Source: Microbotryum violaceum
Lineage: Eukaryota
DNA length: 64,000 nucleotides
Assembly: GCA_001244265.2 (NCBI GenBank)
Contig: CDLV01000004.1
Location: 1,178,001 to 1,242,000, forward strand
Direction of reading: 5' to 3'
Shown: positions 20,910 through 31,756 of the stretch, piece by piece
How the letters are laid out: the number at the start of each line of letters is the position of its first letter
Numbering within the stretch: position 1 is the first letter of the stretch
Position numbers and translations under genes: made by a program
Notes under the pieces: model-generated
What the model was told of the DNA's origin: nothing
Databases searched by the model: none
Seen by the model: only the letters and a program-made list of their open reading frames with translations

Positions 20910-21311
20910 TATGCCCACCTCGATGTCGAGCTACCGAGACGTTCACTCCCACTACAACTCGGTGGAAAACCTAGAAACAAAGGCACAGTCGGCGAATAAT
21001 AGTGCATTCGGATTTTTGCATATTTTTTGAGAGTTACTATTGTCCTCTGCAAGCTGAACAAGAGCTCTACCTCGAACATGTGGTTCGGCACGGGTCGCGC
21101 GGAACAATTGGGGCCGGGACTGGCCGGGACGTCGACGCGTCACGACTCTTCTGCTTTGCCCAAGCGCCCCCTACTACGTAGTTGAAGTAACGAACTATAC
21201 AATGAGCATGCGTCACCTTGCGACAGTCTGAAATGAACGCCCACTTCGAAACGCCGGGTCAATCATACTTCTGCTGCTCCTATCATAATGAGTCAATCCA
21301 ATCAACTTGAC

Positions 21312-24300
21312 TATGATGTTAAGCAACGCACAGACCTGCTCAAGCAGTGGTAAGTCTCTGATCGACGGACCAAAGGAGACCAGACCAAGAAGTTGCTTAA
21401 CACACCTGCTCAAGCAGTGGTAAGTCTCTGATCGACGGACCAAAGGAGACCAGACCAAGAAGTTGCTTGAGCAGGAGAGAGAGAGGCGCGCAGGACCAGC
21501 TAGTTGGGGGCAAGTGCGCGCGTCTGGCCAGAAGACGGAAGATAGACGGCAAAGGCCGGGTCTAAAGGAGAATAAAGGTAGAGACACAGGGGCCATGATG
21601 CTAGAAGGAAATAGGAGAGAATTAAAGTACTTTGAGAATCTCACACCCCCCGACTTCGAGCATCAGGGAGAGCAGATGCCAAGGCGGCCACGGTGACGCG
21701 CAAAGAGGTCGCGGGCTAGAGCCTTAGTGAAAATGTCGGCGGTCATGTCGGCCGTGTTGATGTACTGGACAGCGACATCACCAAGGGCGACCATGTCGCG
21801 GACGAAGTGCTCGCGAAGCCGGATGTGGCGGGTGCGGGCATGGAAAACCGGGTTCCGAGTGAGAGCGTTGGCGCCTTGGTTGTCGCCAAGCACGAGAGTC
21901 GGAGCAGAAGAGGGGAGACCCAACTCACCAAAGAGTTGACGCAGGAAAACGGCTTCCTTGCCGGCATGCGAGAGGGCCAGGTATTCGGCGTCGCAAGTGG
22001 AGTCGGCCACGCGAGACTGGAGGCGCGAGGACCACGAGATGGCGCCACCAGCATAGAGGAAAGCATAGCCCATGGTCGACTTGGAGGAGAGCACACAGGC
22101 ACCCCAGTTGCAATCGGAGTAGCCAATTACGGGAGCAGAGTCGCCGTGGGAATAGCACAGGCCGTGCGAGAGTGTTCCAGCAAGGTAACGGAAAACGTGT
22201 TTGATAGCACCCCAGGCAGCTTCGGATGGGGACCGGGAGAATCGAGCCAAGTAACCGACAGCGTAGGCCAGATCGGGGCGAGTGCCAGTGGATGCGTACA
22301 TGAGCGAGCCAACGGCCTGAAGATAGCGGGTGCGGTCCGCAAATGGGGTAGGGTTGGTCTCAATCTCAAGGTGGAGGTCGGATTTCATCGGGGTGGCAAC
22401 CGGGTGGGCGTTCGACATGCCAAAACGAGCGAGGATGTCCTTGAGGTACTGCTCCTGGCTTAGCGTGATCGAGCCATCGGAGGAACGCCGGATTTGGATG
22501 CCCAGGACATATTCCGCTTCACCAAGACGCTTGACACCGTAACATCGTTCAAGGCCCTGGAGGGTGCGCTCAATTTCGGGTAGGGAGGGACCAATCATGA
22601 GGAGGTCGTCGACGTAAAGCGCGATGTAGTGGTGGACGTCCCCAACGGTTTTGACGTAGACGCAGTGGTCGGACTCAGTGGCAATATAACCCAGCCCAAG
22701 GAGGGTAGAGTCAATTTCGTCGTTCCAGATGCGACCAGCCTGGCGTAAGCCGTAGAGGGAACGGTGCAATTGTAGAACTTGACCGGGCAGGGCAATGCCC
22801 TCGGGGACACGCATGTACAAAGGCTTGTCGAGCTTCCCATGAAGATACGCTTTGTCGATGTCAGCCTGGTGAACGTGGTAGCCTCGGGCAGCAGACAGGG
22901 CCAGCAGAGCACGAATTGAAGTGAACTTGGCAACGGGCGCAAAGGTCTCGTCGAAATCGATACCGGATCGTTGGGAATCACCGCGGGCGACAAGGCGGCC
23001 TTTGTATGACTTGACCTTCCCGAACTGGTCGCGTTTGGTGCGGAAAACGAAGCGAGAGCCGATGATTTTGGCGTCGGCGGGGACGAGGGATTGGTCGATG
23101 GGCGTGAAAGCGGAGAAATCGCGAGAGAGTGAGTCAAATTCATCACGAGCCGCAAGACGCCACTCATCTGCCTGTGGTGAAGCCATAGCAGCACGCCAGT
23201 GGGGTGGGTCGCGCGCAGGGGCAACAAGCTCAGCGGGGTCGACGGTAGAAGTGTCCAGAAGGGCGGCAGCGGCGTCCGCAAGGTAGCACACAGGCGCAGG
23301 GGAGTGAAGGGCGTCATCAACATCATCGGAGAACTCCGGGGCAAGGCATAGGGCGGAGAAATCATAGGAGCTGGGCCGGAGTCGAGGAGAGGGACAAGGC
23401 GTAGAAAAAGCCGAGTCAGGGCTGCCCTGGTCAGGGGCGCCGCCTTGGTCAGAGGCGAAGGGTGCGGGCAATGCCTGGTCAGGGACATTACGAGCAAGGG
23501 CCGGCGAGCCTTGGTCAGAGGCATCAGGTGCCGGGATAAGCTGCTCAGCGCGAGGCACAGGGGAGCGGGGGGGACAGGAAGCAACGGCTGGGGGGGTCAG
23601 CCTGGTCAGGGCGTGACGCAACAACATCTGGGAGAGGGTTGGCCGGAGAGAACAAGGCGGGAGTCGGTGTCGAGGCGGGGAACTCGGATTCACGGAAAAG
23701 GACGTTCCGACTGAGGAGCACCTTGCGAGTAGTCGGATGGAACAGGCGGTAGGCCTTTGAATGGTCGTCGAGACCAACGAAGATGAGCGGTATGGCCTTA
23801 GGGTCGAGGGCAGAGCGGGACGTCGAAGGAAGGCAATGCCAGGCACGGCAGCCGAAGGTGCGAAGGGAGGAAATATCCGGCGCGTAACCATACCAACGAG
23901 CGTCGGGAATGTCGCCATTGATGCCGGCATGGGGTGTCATGTTCTTGCATCGGACAAAGTACATAGCAGCTTCACCCCAGAGTCGCGAGTCGACACCGGC
24001 CGAGTAGGCAAGGGCAAGGATGCCCTCCTTGATGGTGCGGTTGGGGCGCTCAACCCGGCCGTTCTGCTGGGGCGTGTAGGGTATTGTGAGTTCCCGACGA
24101 ATACCCTTGCTGCAGCAGAAATCGACGAAACTGCGCAGCGTGAATTCACCGCCATTGTCGGAGCGAATGGTCTTTACGCTGTCGCCGGTCGCTCGCTCAA
24201 CCTCAAGGATCCAATCACGAAGACGCGGGAAGGTGTCGCTCTTGCGTGCAAGGAGGATACACCAGTGCTTGCGGGTGTGGTCGTCAACAATCACAAGCAT

Positions 24301-26350
24301 GTAACGATGGCCGCCGAAGCTAACGTGTGGCATCTGGGCAAGGTCGACATGGATCAGGCCGAGGCGCTGGGAGGCAATCGACGTGGAGCGGGCGAATGGA
24401 AGGGCATGCGCTTTGGAAGCGAGACATGCATTGCAATGGAAGGTCCTACACTCCTCGTCCGAGTAATCCCACGCCACACCAGTAACCATCCCTTTTTGAA
24501 CGATTTTCTTGAGAAGGAGGACGGGGAGGTGCGCAAGGCGGTTGTGTAGGGTAAGCAAGGACACGTGGGAGGGCGAAGCGAGCAGAGCGTGGGGCCTACA
24601 AGGTGCAGGAGTGAGGTCCAGAGTGTAGAGGTCATTGGCGATGGCCCGAGCGGTGGCGACAGCGGTACCAGCGGCGTTGCGGATGGTGGCGACGTTGGAA
24701 CCGAACGAGACCGTGAAACCGAGGCGGTCGAGGCGTCGAACGGACAACAAGTTGCAAGGCAACGAGGGCACATGAAGAACGTCAGCAACGGCGATGCGAC
24801 CGGAAGTCGTGTCGAGCGCCACGGAGCCGGAACCGGTGGATGGTAGGGAGCCCGCAACACCAGCAACGTGCGGTCCCTTGACGGGCTGCAAGTGCGTAAA
24901 GAGGCGAACGTCGTTGGCCATATGCCGATTGGCGCCGGAGTCCAGGAGCCAGGCCCCCTTGTCGAACGGGGAGGAGGCCGAGAGAAAGCAGGCGGAGTAG
25001 ATCGCAGGTGAGAGGTGCTCGTCGGCGACAGATGGCGCGGCAGCGGGAGAGGCAGCGGGCTGGGAAGGCTTGCGTTCGCCGGCGGGCTTGTTACTGTTCT
25101 CGATGGCACGACGCGCGCGGAAGGAGGCTGCCCAAGCGGTGTCGGGGCAGTCCCTGAGCCAATGCATCTTGCGACACTTTGGGTTGGGGCACGGGGTTCG
25201 AGGAGCGCGGGTGTCGCGAGCGGAGGATCGAGCAAGCGCCGCGGTGGGAGCGTCGACTGGACGAGCGCGAATGTCGCGTAGGAGGCGATCGAAAATCGCC
25301 GAGACAGACGGCAGGGTTGTCGAATCACCCTGGTCGTTGACGAAGGTCGAGCGCCACGACTCGAGCGATGGCGGTAGCCGGGAGAGGAGGTGCGAGGCGA
25401 CGAGAGAGTCGACAGTGACCTTCGACGAGGTGAGCAGACGAAGCTGATTCTCGAAACCGTCACGGAACTGGAGGAACGAGTCCGTGGTGGCGGGGAGCTC
25501 CTCGGTGCTGAAGAGCGTGACTACGGCCGGAAGGAGGTCAACAGCCGAGGTGGCGCCGTAACGAGAACGGAGAGCCTGCCAGATCTTCGGCGCGCCGTCG
25601 CTATCGTCGAGGAAGGTCGACAAACCGGGGAGGACCAAGCGAGGGTCGACAGACGAGCAGAGCGAGGAAAGGGCGTAGTGGTCCCATAACGGGACGAGCG
25701 AGGGGGGCCACGAAGTGCATGGCTCACCGCTCTCCAGGTACCGGAGGACACCGGCCGGCAAACGCGAGCGGACGACAAGGAGCCAATCCTGGTAGCCCGC
25801 CGAGTCGCGGAGGAGTTCCGTTGCAGCAAACGAGGCTGGCTGCTGCGGCGGACGAGCGACGATAGGGGCGATAGCGGCTTCAAGGGAGGTGCCGGGCTGG
25901 GGCGTAGCGCCGGGCGCGGACTTGGGAGGCATAGCGGGGCGGCGCGAGCGTGCGAAGAAAAAAAACGAAACGGACGCGAAAGCGACCGTGCTGGTAGATC
26001 GTGTGGGCTTATAACCTATGATGTTAAGCAACGCACAGACCTGCTCAAGCAGTGGTAAGTCTCTGATCGACGGACCAAAGGAGACCAGACCAAGAAGTTG
26101 CTTAACACACCTGCTCAAGCAGTGGTAAGTCTCTGATCGACGGACCAAAGGAGACCAGACCAAGAAGTTGCTTGAGCAGGAGAGAGAGAGGCGCGCAGGA
26201 CCAGCTAGTTGGGGGCAAGTGCGCGCGTCTGGCCAGAAGACGGAAGATAGACGGCAAAGGCCGGGTCTAAAGGAGAATAAAGGTAGAGACACAGGGGCCA
26301 TGATGCTAGAAGGAAATAGGAGAGAATTAAAGTACTTTGAGAATCTCACA
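21312..26350 (-). mobile_element. Full-length, young Ty1/copia element
   Basis: 334-bp LTRs 21312-21645 and 26017-26350 identical by eye; perfect TSD TTGAC; PBS GGTTATAAGCCC (26005-26016); G-rich PPT 21646-21651; order gag-PR-IN-RT-RH. Confidence 0.97.
21663..25932 (-). CDS. copia gag-pol polyprotein, single frameshift near 23590
   Basis: ATG 25932 (MPPKSAPG); knuckle CPNPKCRKMHWLRDC, WLLDSGA, IRSDNGGEF, QQNGRVER, LYVDDLL, YSDCNWG, ADIFTKAL; the two ORFs join if one base is removed from the G7 run 23590-23596. Confidence 0.9.
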
Positions 26351-28512
26351 TTGACCACCTCCCGAATCGCAGCCAACGTTCTGCGCTCCGGCGATGAACA
26401 GCAGTATGTTTGCCGCCGATCGACACGGGTGCTCTGCCTGGACTACCGGCTCACGATCACATCTGACACATAGGTTCATATGCTGCCTCTAGGTACGAGT
26501 CGTGCACCTTGCCTTGGACTCCCTATCAGTCCGCATATAACGACTATTCGGGTCCGTGGGTGGCCGTCGCGTCGATCGCGTACAGCATCGGTCTGTTCTG
26601 ACGTTACACCGTCGTGCACCCGATCCAGCGCCCACTTTCGCTGGCGTAACGGCCATCTCGAATCCTGCGTCGTACACCTATCAATCGTCGCCGGGATCTG
26701 CTTCGTCCAACCAACCAGTTTACCGTCCCAACGTTCCCCGATCAGGACGCATCGATGGCCCGTATCTAGCTCCGCCAGCAAGCATCAATCTCGCAAGCAT
26801 CGCAAGCATGGTCGAACAAGGAGGGAACAATCCTGGCGGCACGGGTGACGCAGCAGGTTTGCCAAATACTGCACTTCCGCTCGCGATCGTCAAAAGTTGC
26901 GGGCCGCACAAGTTTCCCAAGACGAGGAGGGAGGCCGCGCATCAGGAGGGAGGGATGTATCAGCGAATGTCTGCGCACAGCTTGGCACGCACCCGTGGCC
27001 GACAAAAAACGTTGAGACCAAATGCCAATGGTACAACATCATCCTCAAGGACCTGTTCCGTGAGTACAAGAAGTGCAGCCTGCCTACTCTTCCATACAAG
27101 GTGCCTAATTTTGACCCGGCTCGCTGTCTTCAGAGTCCGCGCTACGCCAACGCTCCGTGCTGGACGGCGAGAAGATCCAATTGCCCAAGTTCGTCTATGA
27201 CGTAAAGGCCCTCAGGGACAACGCCAGAATCATCGTTCAGCGCGGCGCGCTCCTTCGCAAAGCGGATTTCCGAAGCCCGAGTAGCAAGCTCAAGTTGTTG
27301 GGACGACCTGGATCGGATCATCCAATTGCTGCGTGCAGGCGAGCTGAGCTTCAGCCTGGAGGAAGAGGTAATCGGGTCAAGTGCAGACCAGGCAATGGCC
27401 GACGGCGATTAGGGCGGTGACAGCGATGCTGACCGGCGGACTCGGAACACGAGCTCCGACGAGTACAGCGAGTGAGGTGACGATGGCCGAGCTTTCAGCG
27501 CCAGCCGGACTCGTCGACGCGCATGCGGTGCGAAGATCTTGGCTGTTGAAGGGCCAGAATTCGTTGAACACAGGCCACCACAATCGTTCTTTTATATTTT
27601 TGCTTCATATGCATCCGGCTCTTGGTGACTAGAGGAGGAGAGGGTGATTGCTCGTTGCCCTTCGTACCTAATCTTCCCCTGGGCCGCTCGAGACCGACCT
27701 CTCCTTGTTGACGTGGGATGTGCCAGGGACGTAACCCTGCTCACAAACATTATCCTTCTTGTTCTGCTGGGTTGTTCTCGAAGTACTATGTAGAGTTGAA
27801 TTGCCCAGTGAGAATGGAGTGCTCCCTGATCCGTGGACCAGACGGAGCGTCTGCTTTCCGGAAGTGACTCTTTGAGCAAAAGAATGAATGAACAGAATCC
27901 GCAAGGCGCTTCCACTAATTGCAGTGTATGTTAGCATCTTTTTATAATCTATTAGCACTAAAGTGAACGGGCAAGGGTTGCATCTGGCCGGGCTCGGTCT
28001 TCGCCAAAGTGCCAATCAGAGCTGCTGGGTCACGGTGACGCCCCCCGGCCGGCTGACTTCAAGCGGCGCGCGCTCCCAGAAGAAGGCGAACTGATCTGAG
28101 CCCCTGAATTCTGAACGCGCAAGCGGAGCGGAACACGTAGGTAATCACTCGTAATTTGCGAAGTAGCGACAAAGTACGTGCTTGATGAGAGGTGGATCGA
28201 ACTCGATGATAGGTTCGGTGAAAACATGGAAGGTTTAGGCTTGTAACAGGCTCTTGGAGCGAGAACTGAGCTCAATTGACTCCGCAATGGTCGCTCATAC
28301 CTACCTCTTGCTTGAAGAAACACTCCTTCTCATCAATGAGGTAGGCCGCTAATCCTCAGGCCCCACAGTGAGTGCTCAAAGCAGAGAGAATTCTTGCATT
28401 CGCCACACTAAAATAAATTGTCAGCACTTCTGCCCCCGTCAAGCATAAACTAAACTAGAGCTTGAGATCTTGACACTAAGCTCTTCTTAAAACAGGCGCA
28501 AGTCTCAGTAGC

Positions 28513-28669
28513 TGTTGGAATCAACGATGATCCCGAAATGATCAACAAAAGAAGAAGAACGGCTGGACCAGGAGTCGAACCTGGGTCGCTTCCATTCATT
28601 GGAAAAGCTTTGACCAACTAAGCTATCCGGCCCCTGATATCAGTGCAAGGTCTACTAACACCTTCAACA
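28513..28669 (-). mobile_element. 157-bp solo LTR containing a tRNA-like Pol III cassette
   Basis: TGTTGG...TCAACA ends, perfect TSD GTAGC; homologous to 41041-41196. Confidence 0.9.
28561..28632 (-). ncRNA. tRNA-like sequence inside LTR (not a canonical tRNA)
   Basis: GGCCGGA/TCCAGCC acceptor-like stem, A box TAGCTTAGTTGG, B box GGTTCGACTCC, downstream TTTT; anticodon arm aberrant (TTCCA-ATGAA-TGGAA). Confidence 0.8.
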
Positions 28670-28792
28670 GTAGCAGGGATCGGGATCGGTGCAAAGGATT
28701 TTCTACAAAACAAAAAAAAGTCTTTTGCCGCGCCATGGCAGGAAGTCGAATCCTTCGAGCGGGAATCCTCATAGAGAGAGCCGCCCAGTCAT

Positions 28793-29134
28793 ACGCACAT
28801 GCCAACTTTGCTATTCAACCCTGTCCGAAGGTAGGAGATACATTCTCTATACTGACCAAACCCAATCACCCATTTTCACGTGGTCGACATTATAGGTACT
28901 CGAGCAATTGCATGCGCTTTCATTGAAAAGTCACCCGGCACTGGTATGGGAAACCGCCGAGCCATCTTCTTCGGAAGAAGGGCTTGCACGCATATGCCAA
29001 CTTTGCTATTCAACCCTGTCCGAAGGTAAGAGATACATTCTCTATATTGATCAAATCCACTCGCCTATTTTCACGTGGAAGACATTCTAGGTACTCGAGC
29101 AGTTGCATGCACTTTGATTGAAAAGTCACCCGGC
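28793..29134. repeat. two ~147-bp direct repeats, period 195 bp (probably subterminal repeats of the KDZ element)
   Basis: GCCAACTTTGCTATTCAACCCTGTCCGAAGGTA...GAAAAGTCACCCGGC at 28793-28939 and 28988-29134. Confidence 0.85.
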
Positions 29135-30940
29135 CAGTCACCCGGCGGGAGCCTAGTAAGGCAGGCGTAGCCCAGAGATTAGGTCTGACCATATTTCTTC
29201 CTATAAGACGGTGTTATTACTCTCACCTACCGCAATTGAGACGACTTAGTTTGCAAACACCATGTCCATTGTTTCAACATTAAGTTGCTCCACTAATTCA
29301 ATCTACATCAGAAGCTGGTCTAAACGCCCGACAAGTATTCGTCTTCCTGACCAGCGAATTCATCGCCGTAGCTTTCACCTGAAGAGCTGCCCATCTCACC
29401 GTCCTGCTCGAGGAGTTATGCGGAGAAAGGCCCCACCTCCTTTGCGAGTTGAGTCTCGTCGCTCATATCCATCCGCGCCTGAATGACCCGCACTTGCTGA
29501 ACGTCACGGGCCAGCGGTGCAGGCCGCGCCGAGTCGAGGCCAGATGTCTCCATAGGACCGCGTGTTCCCGATCGATTATGTGCAGGTAACTTGTGATGTT
29601 TCGCCTTCTCGACAATCCTTCCCGTCGCGTTCAATCGCTGATGTAAACCACGAAATTCTGACAGTGCAGGATGCATGGGCTCGGAATCGCTCTCTGACTG
29701 CCCGCGAGTGTCGAGCCAAACATTGAACAAAATGGTCGTTCTGGGACCAAGAACATTCGCGCAGCTGAAGAAGCTCCACCCGGCGATCCAGTATAATGAG
29801 CGCGCGGTCTCAGATCTCTTCAACATCTTCAGCGCTGAATATGGACTCGGCATCAGCTGGGTCGATCGATTCAGGAAGGGTATCTGTTGGGATGGTTTGA
29901 AAGATGTCAGGGCGACATAAGAGGTGATATGGAGCACGCTGTATCGAAAACTTACCCGACATGTTAGTCCAAAGTGTTTGGAATCTAGTGCTACGAGTCT
30001 TTTCGTCTTCGATCCAAGCCAAAGCTTACCGCACCTCGGCGCCGATCCACGCTTTCTCCTCACCGACTCGATCCTTGGCGCGCACAGCTGCTACTCCTCG
30101 GAATGAGCGACCGTAGCCCGCTCACAGCCCTCTCCATCAGTCAACCCGAAGTTCGGAATGAGGCGGGGGTTGAACTCGACTTGGCAGGACCAGATATGGG
30201 CGTATGCATGGAAGACGCTCGTGGCGAACTCCAGTCGCTTGAAAAGCTTTGGCAGGAGCTGCCTCTGGTGACAAATGATTAGAAAGTAGGCACATTTGGT
30301 CTGTGCCAACGAGACTAAGGAGGAAGGGACGCGTCGTGATCGAAGCATACCTTTTCAATATGGTGCTTAAAGTTACAAGCAATGTCGTATAAGACTCCGA
30401 TCTTGGCATTTTCAGGAAGGCGCTCTGAGATGTGCTTGAGGATGGCAAGCGCATAATACGATCTGAGTGGCCGGAGCAGCTCCGTCGTCGGCAGCCTTCT
30501 ACGACTCTGTGCACGCCTACGAGGGTGGGTGGGTGTAGAGGTAAGCGATCCCATTAAGGCAAATGCAAAAAGCGGCATTACTCACCTTTTTGGTCGGCCG
30601 CACCGAAGCTTTAACCTCGGCCTTCATCGCCTGAACCTCTTCCTCACCCAAGAAAGTGTCCGGAACAATCTGGTCGTGGTTCGAGTTTTTCTCACGCGTT
30701 TGCTGAAAGTTGCCGTCGTATGCAAGCACGCAATCCAATGTGACGTCGTGACAAGGTTGATTAAGTCACGTTGGCCCGAAGCACGCGGAACACTTGTTGG
30801 AACGAATCGACGGTGCCTACGAGAAGATCCCCGCTGTCCTTCTCGCATATTTCGAGAGCGCGGTACTCGTCGATCGCGTTGCTTCCGAAGGTCTTTGTCC
30901 TGTATGCGCGGAAGGCAGGCTTTAAGCATGTGCCCATGAA

Positions 30941-31000
30941 ACGATGGCGGCGTCCACGATGGCGGCGTCCACGATGGCGGCGTCCACGATGGCGGCGTCC
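30941..31000. repeat. 15-bp tandem repeat x4 (ACGATGGCGGCGTCC)
   Basis: Four exact copies; a frame-preserving expansion inside the KDZ gene. Confidence 0.9.
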
Positions 31001-31282
31001 AAAATCACTCAAGGATGTCCCGTAAAGTGACCCCGACCCCACCCACAACGGGAGTAATATACTCTTTGAGGCCGTCCGCATAGCCGGTGATAGCGCGGGG
31101 GCTGACCTTCCAGCTCGCGTGGGCCTGCTCGACCAGTTGAAATGAGAAGGCGGTCATCGGCATTGAAGCGGTCGAAGAGATGAACCCTAGTTGGGCCAAG
31201 CGTTCAACATCCGTAGCACACCGCGACTCGGAGGCACAGAAGGTGACCTGCAATTTGTAGACCGACGGTTTGGACTTGTATC

Positions 31283-31756
31283 TATGATGTTAAGCAACGC
31301 ACAGACCTGCTCAAGCAGTGGTAAGTCTCTGATCGACGGACCAAAGGAGACCAGACCAAGAAGTTGCTTGACACACCTGCTCAAGCAGTGGTAAGTCTCT
31401 GATCGACGGACCAAAGGAGACCAGACCAAGAAGTTGCTTGACACACCTATCCAACAACTACAGGGAAGCTATCACGACTAGTGGTATTGGAGTTGGTAGT
31501 GATGTGTAGTACTCACCTGCTCAAGCAGTGGTAAGTCTCTGATCGACGGACCAAAGGAGACCAGACCAAGAAGTTGCTTGAGCAGGAGAGAGAGAGGCGC
31601 GCAGGACCAGCTAGTTGGGGGCAAGTGCGCGCGTCTGGCCAGAAGACGGAAGATAGACGGCAAAGGCCGGGTCTAAAGGAGAATAAAGGTAGAGACACAG
31701 GGGCCATGATGCTAGAAGGAAATAGGAGAGAATTAAAGTACTTTGAGAATCTCACA
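31283..31756 (-). mobile_element. 474-bp solo LTR of the 21312-26350 copia family
   Basis: Same ends as the 334-bp LTR, perfect TSD GTATC; carries one extra 70-bp unit and a 70-bp GTGAGT...TAG insert (31447-31516). Confidence 0.95.

Larger units (their letters stand above)
14121..21199. mobile_element. AcademH-like DNA transposon (transposase plus RecQ-like helicase, convergent), exact termini uncertain
   Basis: ~78-bp inverted repeats at 14472-14550 and 20833-20909 enclose two tail-to-tail genes; this arrangement matches the helicase-encoding Academ lineage; no TSD found. Confidence 0.75.

Noticed and set aside
21336..21470. CRISPR-like repeat-spacer pattern in LTRs (also 31307-31580)
   Set aside because: Units are ~65-70 bp with no unique spacers, the context is eukaryotic and there are no cas genes; they are LTR internal duplications.
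25933..26376. N-terminal 148 aa of the 943-aa ORF, and LTR ORFs 21213-21644 and 31513-31755
   Set aside because: These are read-through of LTR and PBS sequence; the plausible gag start is the ATG at 25932.
26356..27630. Protein-coding gene in overlapping short ORFs
   Set aside because: No recognisable domain and inconsistent frames; cannot support a call.
28561..28632. Functional tRNA gene (Ser-TGA), or a TTA suppressor tRNA at 41089-41159
   Set aside because: The anticodon arm is non-canonical and differs between copies, there is no long variable arm, and both lie inside TSD-flanked LTRs.
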